In this document: piece by piece, positions 52,030 to 64,000 of the stretch
Layout: every line of letters starts with the position of its first letter
How positions within the stretch are numbered: the stretch's first letter is position 1
Assembly: GCA_002269645.1 (NCBI GenBank)
Contig: NIVC01000180.1
Location: 744,001-808,000 of the forward strand
DNA from: Macrostomum lignano
Lineage: Eukaryota
DNA: 64,000 bases
Direction: 5' to 3'
Notes under the pieces: generated by a model
What the model saw: the letters and a program-made list of their open reading frames with translations, nothing else
Databases searched by the model: none
Told to the model about the DNA's origin: nothing
Made by a program: the position numbers and the translations under genes

Positions 52030-52367
52030 AACTCGCTACTAAATCATGGTGATTCATGAGAATCGCTACTAAATCATGGTGATTCATGAGAATCGCTACT
52101 AAATCATGGTGATTCATGAGAATCGCTACTAAATCATGGTGATTCATGAGAATCGCTACTAAATCATGGTGATTCATGAGAATCGCTACTAAATCATGGT
52201 GATTCATGAGAATCGCTACTAAATCATAGTGATTCATGAGAATCGCTACTAAATCATAGTGATTCATGAGAATCGCTACTAAATCATGGTGATTCATGAG
52301 AATCGCTACTAAATCATAGTGATTCATGAGAATCGCTACTAAATCATGGTGATTCATGAGAATCGCT
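52030..52367. repeat. 30-bp array (ATGAGAATCGCTACTAAATCATGGTGATTC) x~11
   Basis: Near-identical tandem copies. Confidence 0.93.
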
Positions 52368-52579
52368 TAAATGCATGTACATCCGTATCTTCGTGCCCTC
52401 GCTCTCGCAGCAGATGTAAATTTTTATTTAGATGCAGAAATCAGGCTCTGCCAGAGACAATCTCGGGCAGCTGACCAGAGCAGCACTGAGCTATAAATTT
52501 AGGCAAATCAGTTTGTCTGCTTTTTATCTGTGTTGCCATATTCGTGCAGAGAGCAGCACGAGCTTCAAAAGCCTTCGGC

Positions 52580-55500
52580 ATGCTCAAACAGTCCGGTGCT
52601 GCGGTGCTTTTATCCTTGACTCTGCTAGCTCTGCTGTCCGCTGGCTCGGATCTCGTCAGAAAGCTGCCGCACCTGGAGTACTCCACCCACACCTCAGTTC
52701 TACTCAGCGCCGACGATAAGTGGCGCCCGGGTCTGCAGACCCTCATCACCTGCCTGCCCCTCGACAGACCCCTCGAAGTGGTGCTGAACGTGAGCCAGTA
52801 CCATCAGCCGCTCGTGCCCCCACTGAGCTACCTGTTGTTCAAGTGCTCGAGCACTGACGCCCAGTACCAGGAGCTCAACATCACCCACGACAACGGCCTG
52901 GACAGCAGCAAGCTCTACTGCAGCCACAACCGCGCCTTCTCCCTCAGCAAGCTCAGCAGCAAGCCGTACATGTTTTCCTTCCACCTCACTCTCGACAGCC
53001 GCAACAAGGTGAGCTTCAAGCAGTCGATGACACACACCCTCGAGCTTCGGGTTCGAGTTGAATTTCGCGAAGGCACGGAGCTGTCGGCCAGCCTGTTGGT
53101 GTATAACATGGACAGCTTCTCCAAGCTGAACTCCTTGCCAACTCGGTCCTCGGGCCAACAGGTCACCAGGTACATCCTGTCCGAGCGGGGCACCGCCTTC
53201 CTGACCTCCCTGTTCAAGCAGACCAACAGCAGCCGTGTTGACAGCGTGCAGCTGCTGGACGACCAGTTTCTGTACGTGCTGAAGCGGGCGCCGATCTTCA
53301 TCCGGCCGATGCTGTCCATCAGCGTCATGCTCATCCACGGCTCCCGCACCTGCAGCGACATAGCGAAAACCGACGGCCGAATTCTGTTCACCACTGGCGA
53401 CTCGGACCCGGACATTGCGCAGTTCCTGTTCGCCCAGCCCAACTACTTCATCGAGATCCAATCAGGCGTGCTCACCTACTCGCGCCTGTCGCTGGAGGCA
53501 GACCTGAAGAAGCTGCTGCAGGGTGCCGGCGGTCGGGTTCGAATTTGCCTTCGAATATCGCTGAACCCAGCGGTGTGGAAGTACCGTCTGGCGCTGCGGG
53601 TGGCCGACATTTCTGTGCCCAGCACAACTGCTAGCGCGATCGACCCCAGCAGCGAGCCGTGCGGGTCCTATAAGAACCGGCAGTCTCGATGGGTGCAGTT
53701 CAGCACCGGCATGCTTGACGCCGTGCTGATGAGCCCGGTGGTGTGCAGCGACAGGACCAAGGAGGTCACCAAGGTGTTCTTCAACAACCAGGAGTGCACC
53801 AACTATTTGGACGTTTCGACGCACAAGTGGCAGAGCTGCGGGCACTACAGCCTGGCGCAGTTCGGGAACGCCGTCCTGCTGCGCGGCCACGTCAACCTCT
53901 CTCACGAAGGTGATGCCGGAGCGCCTGGGAAGGGCCGGGCTCTTTACCCCCTTTTATGATATGCAGACCTGATAGCAGGAGTGCGAAATACGAGAGCCTC
54001 TTTGTCTAAGATGTCTGTCTAACATCCTTTCCTGTGTAACATATCTGCCTGTCTAACATATCTGCCTGTCTAACACACCTGTCTGTCTAACACACCTGTC
54101 TGTCTAACACACCTGTCTGTCTAACACACCTTGTCTGTCTAACACACCTTGTCTGTCTAACACACCTTGTCTGTCTAACACACCTTGTCTGTCTAAGACA
54201 CCTGTCTGTCTAACAAACCTGTCTGTCTAACACACCTGTCTGTCTAACACACCTGTCTGTCTAACACGCCTGTCTGTCTAACACACCTTGTCTGTCTAAG
54301 ACACCTGTCTGTCTAACAAACCTGTCTGTCTAACAAACCTGTCTGTCTAACACACCTGTCTGTCTAACACACCTACCTGTCTAACACACCTGTCTGTCTA
54401 ACACACCTGTCTGTCTAACACACCTGTCTGTCTAACACACCTGTCTGTCTAACACACCTGTCTGTCTAACACACCTTGTCTGTCTAAGACACCTGTCTGT
54501 CTAACATGCCTGCAAGCAGACCAGAAGGGATTCCTGCAGCATAGCTGTGAGATGTAATTCTCCCCAACATGCCATCGCTGCATCAGGCACGTACAAGTTC
54601 ACGGTGCAGAACTTTGTCTTCATTTTCTACGTCTCCGTGTTCTCCATGCCGCTGTTCAACACGGTGACCGCCAACGGCTCGCTGCCCCACGTGACCTTCG
54701 CGAATCTGGACATGGCGGTGACATTCAACTGTACTGTGCACCACGATGGCATGAAGTACGTGTCCATTGACCCGGTCTTCCGGGTGCTCGACCCCTTTCT
54801 ACCCGGGTCCACCTGGAAGGTGAGCTCAGATTCGCAATCCATTATCGATTAGCAATCCATTATAGATTAGCAATTCATTATAGATTAGCAATCCATTATA
54901 GATTAGCAATCCATTATAGATTAGCAATCCATTATAGATTAGCAATCCATTATAGATTAGCAATCCATTTAATTCATTCAATAAATCAAACAATCCAAGC
55001 ATGTAATATGTCGCTATTTCAGGAAATACTCAATACTAGGGGCGGGAAACCGATTTTGGAGGCCGATTTTATTAAGTTTTCTCGATCTGTGTCTGACTTT
55101 CGTGTAGAATCTTCGCACTGTCAACTCTTGAAATCTGGCTCTTCAACTCACCAGCGTCACCAGCTGGACTCCATTGGATCGAGCAGGATGCGTCACCAGC
55201 TGGACTCCATTGGAATAAGCAGGATGCGTCACCAGCTGGACTCCATTGGATCGAGCAGGATGCGTCACCAGCTGGACTCCACTGGATCGAGCAGGATGCG
55301 TCACCAGCTGGACTCCATTGGATCGAGCAGGATGCGTCACCAGCTGGATTCCATTGGATCGAGCAGGATGCGTCACCAGCTGGACTCCATTGGATTGAGC
55401 AGGATGCGTCACCAGCTGGACTCCATTGGATCGAGCAGGATGCGTCACCAGCTGGACTCCATTGGAATAAGCAGGATGCGTCACCAGCTGGACTCCATTG

Positions 55501-56282
55501 GATTGAGCAGGATGCGTCACCAGCTGGACTCCATTGGATTGAGCAGGATGCGTCACCAGCTGGACTCCATTGGATCGAGCAGGATGCGTCACCAGCTGGA
55601 CTCCATTGGATCGAGCAGGATGCGTCAGGACTTTGAAGAGTGATTGGGAAAATTTGACAAAAGCACAGTGACTGAAAATTTATACTCCAGCCTCTGAAGG
55701 GTGGTGACTTTACGAGTCTGCCGCATGTCAGAATTTTTTTAGTACACAAAAATAAGACCCATGCTGGCAGAAAACATAAAATCGGCCTCCCAAGATTTTT
55801 TCATGCTAGTCTCTAATTTCCGTCCCATGTATTGAAGAGTCCCTGATCTGTCTCTAAATTGCTCGTCAAGCTCAAGTGTTCAACTATCTCGAAAATTTAT
55901 CAATCTCGGCCCCGCGCCCCAGGAGATCAGCCTGAGCGACTTCGCCACAGACGTGCTGAAGGCGTCGCCGAGCTCCATCGAGACGCGCAGGTCGGCTATC
56001 GACCGGCCGCGGGTCTTGGAGAACCTGTTTGTCCGAATGCCGGTGGTCACGGAGATCTGGAAGGTCTGGCGGTTGACCTTCATTTGCCGAGCCAGCGTGG
56101 ACGCGTCGGACGTGCGCCGGATGGGGCTGCCGCGCTACTCGCTGGAGTCGCGCTCGGATGTGCAGTTCTACGGCAAGCGGATCGCCGCCTCGGCCGGCCA
56201 GCAGCTGCGCAGCTTTCTCGGCCTGGTACTGGCGGTTGCCATGGCAACTGTGAAATTAAAACCAATATTAGACAGGCTCTGA
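52580..56282 (+). CDS. Uncharacterised secreted/surface protein; exons 52580-53909, 54587-54819, 55923-56282 (640 aa); signal peptide, possible Ig-like C-terminal domain, hydrophobic tail
   Basis: MLKQSGAAVLLSLTLLALLSAGS signal peptide; GC-rich 1.3-kb ORF; phase-consistent GT-AG junctions; VTFNCTV...TFICRA; terminal FLGLVLAVAMATV; AATAAA at ~56434. Confidence 0.8.
54035..54510. repeat. Intronic 17-bp array (CACACCTGTCTGTCTAA)
   Basis: Tandem copies in intron 1 of the 52580 gene. Confidence 0.93.
54838..54968. repeat. Intronic 18-bp array (ATTAGCAATCCATTATAG) x7
   Basis: Begins ~20 bp after the donor at 54820. Confidence 0.9.
55153..55627. repeat. Intronic 36-bp array (GCGTCACCAGCTGGACTCCATTGGATCGAGCAGGAT) x13
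   Basis: Tandem copies; source of ORFs 55008-55749. Confidence 0.95.
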
Positions 56283-56721
56283 TGATGAGGTTTCATCGGG
56301 AGGAGATGACTGTGTTTAACGGGTAGCACCGGTGGCAGTGGTTAAACACAGAGCTACTTATTTAAACAGTTGCCGCAAGACTGCTCTGCCTTGAGACTAA
56401 TTTTTGCGTTTTGGAAAATGCTTTTCTTTTGTTGAATAAAATGCACTATTTTGGAGGCCTGCACTCCAAAAAAATTTTTTTGTTTTTTTTTTGTTGCCGT
56501 TCCTCCACATAATACTAGAAGTAGCTTATAGGTTTGCCGTATAATCCGTGTACTTTAGCAATTCTCAAATTTAATTTCCGATAAAATTATACTTTCATTT
56601 TGTTGTAAAGTATACAAAAGTAAAACTTAACGCTCACCCTGTACTAAAATGGAAACATCTTTGTTTCTAGTTTTGATAAATTTCTAATTTTGAGTTTCAT
56701 GGCTTGTTTTCAATTGATAAA

Positions 56722-57175
56722 TAGCTTCCGATTAGATATACTTAGCTTCCGGTTAGATACACATCGCTTCCGGTTAGATATATTCAGCTTATGGTTAAAT
56801 ATACTTAGCTTCCGGTTAGATATACTTAGCTTCCGGTTAGATATACTTAGCTTCCGGTTAGATATACTTAGCTTCCGGTTAGATATACTTAGCTTCCGGT
56901 TAGATATACTTAGCTTCCGGTTAGATATACTTAGCTTCCGGTTAGATATACTTAGCTTCCGGTTAGATATATTCAGCTTATGGTTAAATATACTTAGCTT
57001 CCGGTTAGATATACTTAGCTTCCGGTTAGATATACTTAGCTTCCGGTTAGATATACTTAGCTTCCGGTTAGATATATTCAGCTTATGGTTAAATATACTT
57101 AGCTTCCGGTTAGATATACTTAGCTTCCGGTTAGATATATTCAGCTTATGGTTAAATATACTCAGCTTCCGGTTA
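56722..57175. repeat. 21-bp array (TATACTTAGCTTCCGGTTAGA) between two convergent genes
   Basis: Tandem copies with periodic TCAGCTTATGG variants. Confidence 0.93.
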
Positions 57176-57941
57176 AGTATCTTCCAGGCTTCCAGTTAGC
57201 CAAGAAAGTCTAACAATTTCCAGTTGAAAACCCTGGCAGCTGACTGCCAGCTGAGTCCCCCCCAGCTCGCTGAGCTTCCAGCTTCTCCATCTACCCGAGC
57301 TCAATGCACCGGTTCGCAACTGTTTCTGCTTTACTCAACGGTATGAGAACGACAAAGGTGCACTTTTATTGCATACATCAGGTCGCTACACAGTTATTAC
57401 AGACAGATTGGTGTAAAATAAGAATAAATCTGGGCTGAGAGCCGCGGCGTGTTCTGCCAAAGCAAATGTAGTGCTGCGTAGGCAAAGTGGTACCGGAATA
57501 TCTGCGCTGCTGCCCGCTCCCGCGCCGCTCTGAGCGATGAGGCGAGCGGCCTTGGAGAGCGGGTTTTTGTAGTTAATGTAATTTGTGCAACTCAAAGTCT
57601 GGCTTGGCAAAGAAGTTGATCGCCTTGCGAACGATGGGAGTTGGGAAGTTTCAGAGGGACTGAGGTGAGAAACTCAATGTCCGCAGTCTCAACAAATACC
57701 TGCTCGTGTGTTGCTGGCGCCGGCTCTGTCTAGACAGAATTCGCGGCTTCGAGGTTTTTAGGCAAAGGCGGTAAAACAAAGCAAAAATAGGGAGGGGCAA
57801 TAGAGAGAAAGCGTCTCCATGGATATCTGCTGACTCGGGGAGGCCCCAGCCAGGCTGCAGAAAATCTACAAATGACCTTTGAAAATCATTTTTCGTCTTT
57901 TAAAGCGCGAATGTCAGTCAAGCGTCTGTCCGTCCTTCGGG

Positions 57942-60900
57942 TCAGTTGTCGGGCTTCTTGGTCAGGTAGGCCTCGATGCCCTTGGGCTTCAGCGACGGCA
58001 GTATCCGGAAGTCGATGTCCTCCAGAAACTGGAAGTCCATCAGCTGGTCCAGGGTTGGCCGCTTCTCTGGCCGCCGGTCCAGGGCCTTCTCCACGAACCG
58101 GCACGCGTCCCGGCCGATGCGGCTGGCATAGCGGCGCGGCATCTCGAAGCGCCAATCCGGCGCCGTGTGCTTTGTCTGGCTCCACGGTAGCGACTTGAAA
58201 CTGCGGGGGCGCGGCCGAGTGACAAGCCTTGCGTGTGATCAATATCTCTGCCTCAAAGAGTGATCAACCTATGGACCAAAGAGTGATCAAATTAAGCCTC
58301 AAAGAGTGACTAATTTAAGCCTCAAAGAGTGACCAATCTGAGCGTCAGAGGGTGACCAATCTGAGTCTCAAAGAGTGACTAATCTGAGCGTCAGAGGGTG
58401 AACAATCTGAGTCTCTAAGAGTGACCAATCTGAGCGTCAGAGGGTGACCAATCTGAGTCTCAAAGAGTGACCAATCTGAGCCTCAAAGAGTGGCAATCAA
58501 AGCATTTACGAGGTAAGAGTGACCAATTTAAGCCTCAAAGAGTGACCAATCTGAGCGTCAGAGGGTGACCAATCTGAGTCTCAAAGAGTGACCAATCTGA
58601 GCCTCAAAGAGTGGCAATCAAAGCATTTACGAGGTAAGAGTGACCAATTTAAGCCTCAAAGAGTGACCAATCTGAGCCTCAAAGAGTGACCAATCTGAGT
58701 CTCAAAGAGTGACCAATCTGAGCCTCAAAGAGTGGCAATCAAAGCATTTACGAGGTAAGAGTGACCAATTTAAGCCTCAAAGAGTGACCAATCTGAGCCT
58801 CAAAGAGTGACCAATCTGAGTCTCAAAGAGTGACCAATCTGAGCCTCAAAGAGTGACCAATCTAAGCCTCAAAAAGTGACCAATCTGAGCCACAATAGGC
58901 CGGTCTCATGAGACTCACACTCCGAGTCCCACGGTGAGCTCCAGCGCCAAGTAGCCGATGCCCCAGCTGTCCACCTTCTCCGTGACGCCCTTGGGGTCGG
59001 CGTACACCTCCGGGGCGATGTAGGCGGCAAAGTAGAAGCTGGTGCTGGTGTTGCGCACGCTGGGCTTGTTGTGGCTCTTGGCCATGCCGAAGTCGATGAG
59101 GCGCGGCCGGTAGTCGGACATCACCACGACGTTCTCGGCTTTGAGGTCGCGGAAGATGAAGTTATTGCGGTGCACGTAGCGCACAGCCGATAGGATGCAG
59201 GCCACGTAATAGGCGGCGATGGGCTTGGGCATGCAGCCGTGCCGGCACACCATGGACCACAGGCTGCCGCGGGATCCGTAGTCCATGACCAGGCAGTAGA
59301 AGTTGCTGGTTAGGTAGGCGTGCTTCAGCCTTGCGGGGTGGGGGCGGAGCAGCAGGAAGGGATGCTTAGTTAGCTGCGAGCACTGAGCCCTGGGCACGCA
59401 AACACATTTGTTATGCCGCTCAGTGTCACCCAAAAATATACTTAACAAAAGTCCGAGTTTCAACCCGTGCATTTTTCGCGCTTGGAAGGGTGGAAGTTTT
59501 TTGAGTTGCTGAGTAATGATATTTTCAATTTTTATGGCATTTTTAACACAATCCCCAGTTCTCTGCTCTCAAACCTCAGCACTCGGCCCTCAGCCCTCAG
59601 CCCTCAGCCCTCAGCCCTCAGCCCTCAGCCCTAAGTCCTCAGTCCTCAGTTCTCAGCCCTCAACACTCAGCCCTCAGCCCTCAGCCTTCAGCCCTCAGCC
59701 CTCAGCCCTCAGCCCTTAGCCCTCAGCCCTCAGCCCTCAGCCCTCAGCCCTCAGCCCTCAGCACTCACTCAATGATGAACGGATGGCGCAGGTCCTTCAG
59801 CAAGAACACCTCGCGCAGGTCGCGCTTCCACGATTTTGTTCTCTGCTTCTTCCGTCGCTCCTTGAACTTCATCACGAGCTCCTCGCCGCTGCCGCCCCGG
59901 CGCACGATGTAAACCACCCCCTGGCCGCCCTGAAACACCCGGTTGCGCGACAGCTTGAAGTCGGTCAGAGCAACCGCCGCTGTCAAGGCGGAGTTGCTCG
60001 CCGGGTCCGCCGCTGCCGCTGCTGAAGCCGCGCTGCTACTGTGCCACTCGGAGACCACTGGGGTGGCCAGCTTGTCGGCGAACTGCTCCAGCAGGATGCA
60101 GGAGCAGACAGCGCCCTTCTTGTTCTGGTGCTTGCCTGTGGGGCACTCGACAACGGAGCCGGCGGCGGCGGTTTCATCCTCGACGTCGTTGCCGCTTTTC
60201 TGCACCGACGACTGCTTGGCCGCGTCCGCTGCTGCCGCTGCTCCGGCCGGCGCCGCTGCCGCGCCCCGCTCCGGCCTGCTGTCCTCCTCCTCGTCCTCCG
60301 ACTGCTTGGAGTTCTCTGCGTCGCCTGCGGGTTGCACGGCAGGAGAAAAGCCTGTGGAGGACTTCCTACACCGGCTGGTGATCAGGATGCCTCTCGCGCG
60401 CTTGCGATTCCGGCATAACACGCCGAATTTTCAGCTCCAAAGATTAGGATTGATTTTCGATGTAAGACTGCTTTTTCTGCCTAAACTGCGATAGGATTCT
60501 ATGAATATGGTTGTGAATATATTGTTTAACTTATTACATTGCATTATATGCAGGTTCCGAGGTTTGATTATTTCACCGTCACTAAAGTACCACTAATTTC
60601 CGTTAAGCCTGTGGACTTCAACACGGCTAGCAACCAAGCGATGAGCAAACTGCGGTCTTTATCCAATCTGCGTGATGGCAAAGCTTTATTCTGCGCATCT
60701 CTCACAGGTTCTATCGAACAGCTCGGGGGGAGGGAAGGGTCGCGCTCTAGGCATGCGGACAAACTGTAAAATGCCTCAACTAGCAGTTGTGGCAGGCCTC
60801 ACCTGGGATGATGATCTGCTGTCTCGGCGGCCTCTGCACCGCGTTGATGGCTCCCGCATTGGGCCTGACTTTTAGCTGGCCCTGCTGCTGCTGCTGCTGG

Positions 60901-61070
60901 CTGAGCGTCGAGTTAGACGAGTTGCTGTGGCTGGCCGCCTGGCTGATGGCCGGATGAGGAGCTGCCAGCGGCTCGGGCGGTGCACCGGCCGCGTCCGAGC
61001 TGGCCTGACTTTGCCGCTTGAAGCCCATCAGTTTGAATCGGTGGCTGAACGCGCCTCCGAACACGGTCAT
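57942..61070 (-). CDS. Divergent Ser/Thr protein kinase (AGC-like); exons 61070-60803, 60351-59769, 59329-58919, 58200-57942 (506 aa)
   Basis: QGGQGVVY, LVMK, RHPFI, MDY, FRDLKAEN, DFG, YIAPE, VDSW and KRPT. All junctions are GT-AG and phase-consistent (phases 1, 2, 2). Minus-strand AATAAA at ~57366-57371. Confidence 0.88.
58250..58890. repeat. Kinase intron 3 array, 23-bp unit (GTGACCAATCTGAGCCTCAAAGA) with higher-order blocks
   Basis: Tandem copies. Confidence 0.92.
59578..59762. repeat. Kinase intron 2 array, 7-bp (CTCAGCC)n
   Basis: Starts immediately after the minus-strand donor at 59768. Confidence 0.92.
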
Positions 61071-61906
61071 GTCTTGGCCTGGTGAAGCTGCTTGCACTTA
61101 TCTTATAGCTTCCCCTGCTGTCTGCCTGAGCGGCATTTGGGGCAGCTGCGGCTCTGCCCGACCCCGCATTGACTGCGCGGTCGTGGCCATAGACAGCTGG
61201 CCGATTGAGCCTGAGGCTTGGGATTGCCTGATTGGTAAAGCTGCACATCTCTTGCAGTAGGGACTCGGCTACTCACGGCTTCACCGCAAAATCACGGTAG
61301 TTAGAAGCTGTGGAGTCCATCTGACTGGAGTCAGGATGAGTCAATTGGTGTTCAGTGGAGTCAGTTAAGGGATCAGGCAGTGGAGTGAGTAGGGGGTCAA
61401 GCGGTGCGCTCCTGGCAGACCCTCCCCAACCTGCATCGCATGTCGATTTGAGCCCAATTTTGCCTGCCTCAGCCAAGCCCCAGCTTCATGCTTTACGAGT
61501 ATGAGACGGTGACTGCTCATCGCTTCAACCCTACAAGTAATTAGTCAAACTTCTTAGCTCAGCAATTGGCTACAGACGGCTGTCTACAGCTACAGCTCAG
61601 GCAGGTTGTTAATAATAATTGTTGCGGGAGGGTAGCCCTCACCCTGAAGCAACGGACAGCGAGTGCTGAGACAAGTCGCCCATTTCCAACCAGGTTGATA
61701 AATTGTTTATTTCGTCTACCGATCCAATCAAAAAATTAAACGTGGATGATTGCCCAGCATTACCGTGGTCCGCTGCCCCCAACCCCCAGGGATGAACAGA
61801 ATAAAATGGCTACCTGTACTGATGCAAAAACTCAGACGATAATTATCTGCAGTCCATCAAGCCGCTCTCTCGCAAAAGGAAACGCGGTTCGATCAACTCG
61901 CTTCGC

Positions 61907-63010
61907 ATGGAGCCGCCTGACAGCCCGACCCCGCAACTGCACCAGAAGGCGCTCGTCGCCTTTGCCGAGCAGACCACGGCGCATGGCCTGGTGCGCCTGA
62001 CGCAGGGCTCCGGGCTGCGGCGCTTCGTCTGGGGCCTGGCCATCCTGGGCGCCTGCGCGGGGTTCTCGCTACACCTGAGTGAGCTGGTGCAGAGGTACCT
62101 CAGCTACCCAGTGAGCACCGAGTTCTTCAACGATGGTGAAGACTTTCAGTTTCCCAGTGGGACCATCTGCCTGGCATGGTGCAGACAAAGGCTAATACCG
62201 CTCAATGCGAAACCTGGTGAGAACTCGACGAGCTCCGCAGTTCAGTGGCGTAGCGTGGGAGGCGTCAGCGGCAGGGACGCCAAAGTAGTTGTTGGGAAAC
62301 TGCTAATTAAAATTTGCGCTAAAATTGGAAACAGGAGTCGCCGCAGCTGCCCCTTCAAGAACGCTGTTGCTGTGCTCCCGTCACAGTCACAGCTGTGCGC
62401 AATGAGCTGTACCGTATGGGGTTTCATATCAACCAGTTTTTTCACTATAGTATAACAAAATGGGGGCCTGTGGTCAGAAAACTGTGGTCTTGTTTCTCAA
62501 AAGACCTTCTTCTTTTTTCTGGGTGTCTTTTTCACAAGAATGGCCCCGCCGAGATTGGCCCGCAAGAGATTTTCTCACCTCGAGCATTTTTTAAAGAGGC
62601 CTGTTTGTAATCTTAGTTGTCCTCGCAGTAGTAGTCACGGGGACCTCTTCCAGTTTGCGCCACTGCTCTGTAGCTGGCGTCCTTTACAAGCTGAAAGCTG
62701 GGCGGGCAATTCTCGTAGACCCCTGCAAACAAAGATGTATTTTTAACTTGAAAACGCAATAAAATTTTAGCAGGGTTTGTTACTTGCATCAGTGACTTGA
62801 TCAAAGATATCCCCCTGTTGTAGTACATGTTTGACAACGAAGACTGGAACCACAGCATGCCTGTGCGAAACACAGCATATTACCCTGACGCTAAGCTTTC
62901 GCTTCGAGACATGGCCTACCGCGGGACCCAGTTCCAGCAGCTGCATGACACAGTCCTCTACTGCAGGTACAACTCCGAGCCGTGCTCATTCGAGAACTTC
63001 ACCTTGTACT
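61907..63010 (+). CDS. DEG/ENaC (amiloride-sensitive channel) family gene, 5' part; first exon from 61907 (to ~62170-62216), later exon from 62824; runs off-window or is degenerate
   Basis: FAEQTTAHGL (HG motif), TM1 RRFVWGLAILGACAGFSLHL, YLSYPVSTE, FPSGTIC, and VLYCRYNSEPCSFENFT. Internal junctions not fully resolved. Confidence 0.75.
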
Positions 63011-63627
63011 GGTTCAGTTTCAGTTCCGGTCCTTTTAAGGCGCGGCCGGGGCGGGTGGCTGCCGGCCCGTGGTTGTTTTGGTTTGCCGCACTCTACAACG
63101 CAGGCCCAGAGCGCTGATTACAGCGTCTTTAGACCGTCCTTCCCCTAACACACACGCAATAAACGTTGACCATCGGGTCCCCCAGCCGCGAGCAGACCTC
63201 AGATACAATTTATTGACCGCACGCGCAAGGGCGAGCTATCCGCGAAGTAAGTCACTGCCTTGTCTCTTTCATTTCGGGAGCTGTAGCAGGGACAGTCCGT
63301 GTGTCCTGACGCCGACTCAGGGGGGGGACTAGGCCAGGTAGTCAGCTAGGGGCGCGCCACCCTGTACTGTAAGCCCGCTGTACATAGACGCCAGCTTGTG
63401 CGCCCTGACACCTTGCTGAAGGTGATCGACATCACAGCGTCCCTACGCGTGTGCCGGCCACTTGGATGCGTCCTGACGCTCAAGGCGTTGCTTCAGGGTG
63501 ACCGCAGCTCTCCTAAAAACAAATTTTATTATTGTGATAATTATAATTGTCAGTATTTTTATTCGCAAATAATTTTAACCGGAGTAAAAACTCTATAAAA
63601 ATATGTACGAATTCCTACAGGCACTAA

Positions 63628-64000
63628 GGAGACACTAGGACGGACACACTAACAGACACACTAACGGACACTAGGACAGACACACTCACAGACACTAGGA
63701 CAAACACTAACGGACACTAGGACAGAAACACTAACGGACACTAGGACAGACACACTAACGGACACTAGGACAGACACACTAACGGACAATAGGACAGACA
63801 CACTAACGGACAATAGGACAGACACACTCACAGACACTAGGACAAACACTAACGGACACTAGGACAAACGCTAACGGACACTAGGACAGACGCACTAACG
63901 GACACTCGGACAGACACACTCACAGACACTAGGACGGACGCACTAAAACAGACATAAGGACGGACACACTAACAGACACAAGGACAGAAACACTAACGGA
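63628..64000. repeat. ~24-bp array (CACTAACGGACACTAGGACAGACA), truncated by the window end
   Basis: Tandem variants. Confidence 0.9.

Noticed and set aside
52700-53905. Long minus-strand ORFs opposite GC-rich exons (also opposite PATL1, DHX8 and the kinase)
   Set aside because: Antisense shadows caused by high GC3 codon bias; no motifs or splice support.

Overview
Eukaryotic (metazoan) genomic DNA with GC-rich exons, AT-rich intergenic DNA and about 14 kb (roughly 22%, estimated by eye) of minisatellite arrays. The architecture suggests a free-living flatworm such as Macrostomum, but that is an inference and is not proven here. Genes reconstructed with in-frame GT-AG junctions: PATL1/Pat1 (4 exons, +), DHX8/Prp22 (6 exons, +), an uncharacterised secreted or GPI-type protein (3 exons, +) and a divergent Ser/Thr kinase (4 exons, -). 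Also present: an MRPL41-like ORF, a CCDC59/Fyv7-like ORF, the 5' part of a DEG/ENaC channel gene, a decayed VWDE-like pseudogene and a signal-peptide first exon missed by the ORF track. Mobile DNA: a young non-coding LTR element (TRIM-like, with TSD, PBS and PPT), a Penelope element with an inverted terminal repeat and degenerate hammerhead motifs, a truncated RTEX-like LINE, two mariner relics, a tRNA-derived SINE family (3 copies) and several MITEs. Most ORFs in the supplied track are repeat translations or antisense shadows. The most striking pattern is that 12 of 13 reconstructed introns carry their own minisatellite, usually starting just after the donor site, and several units contain splice-signal-like motifs.
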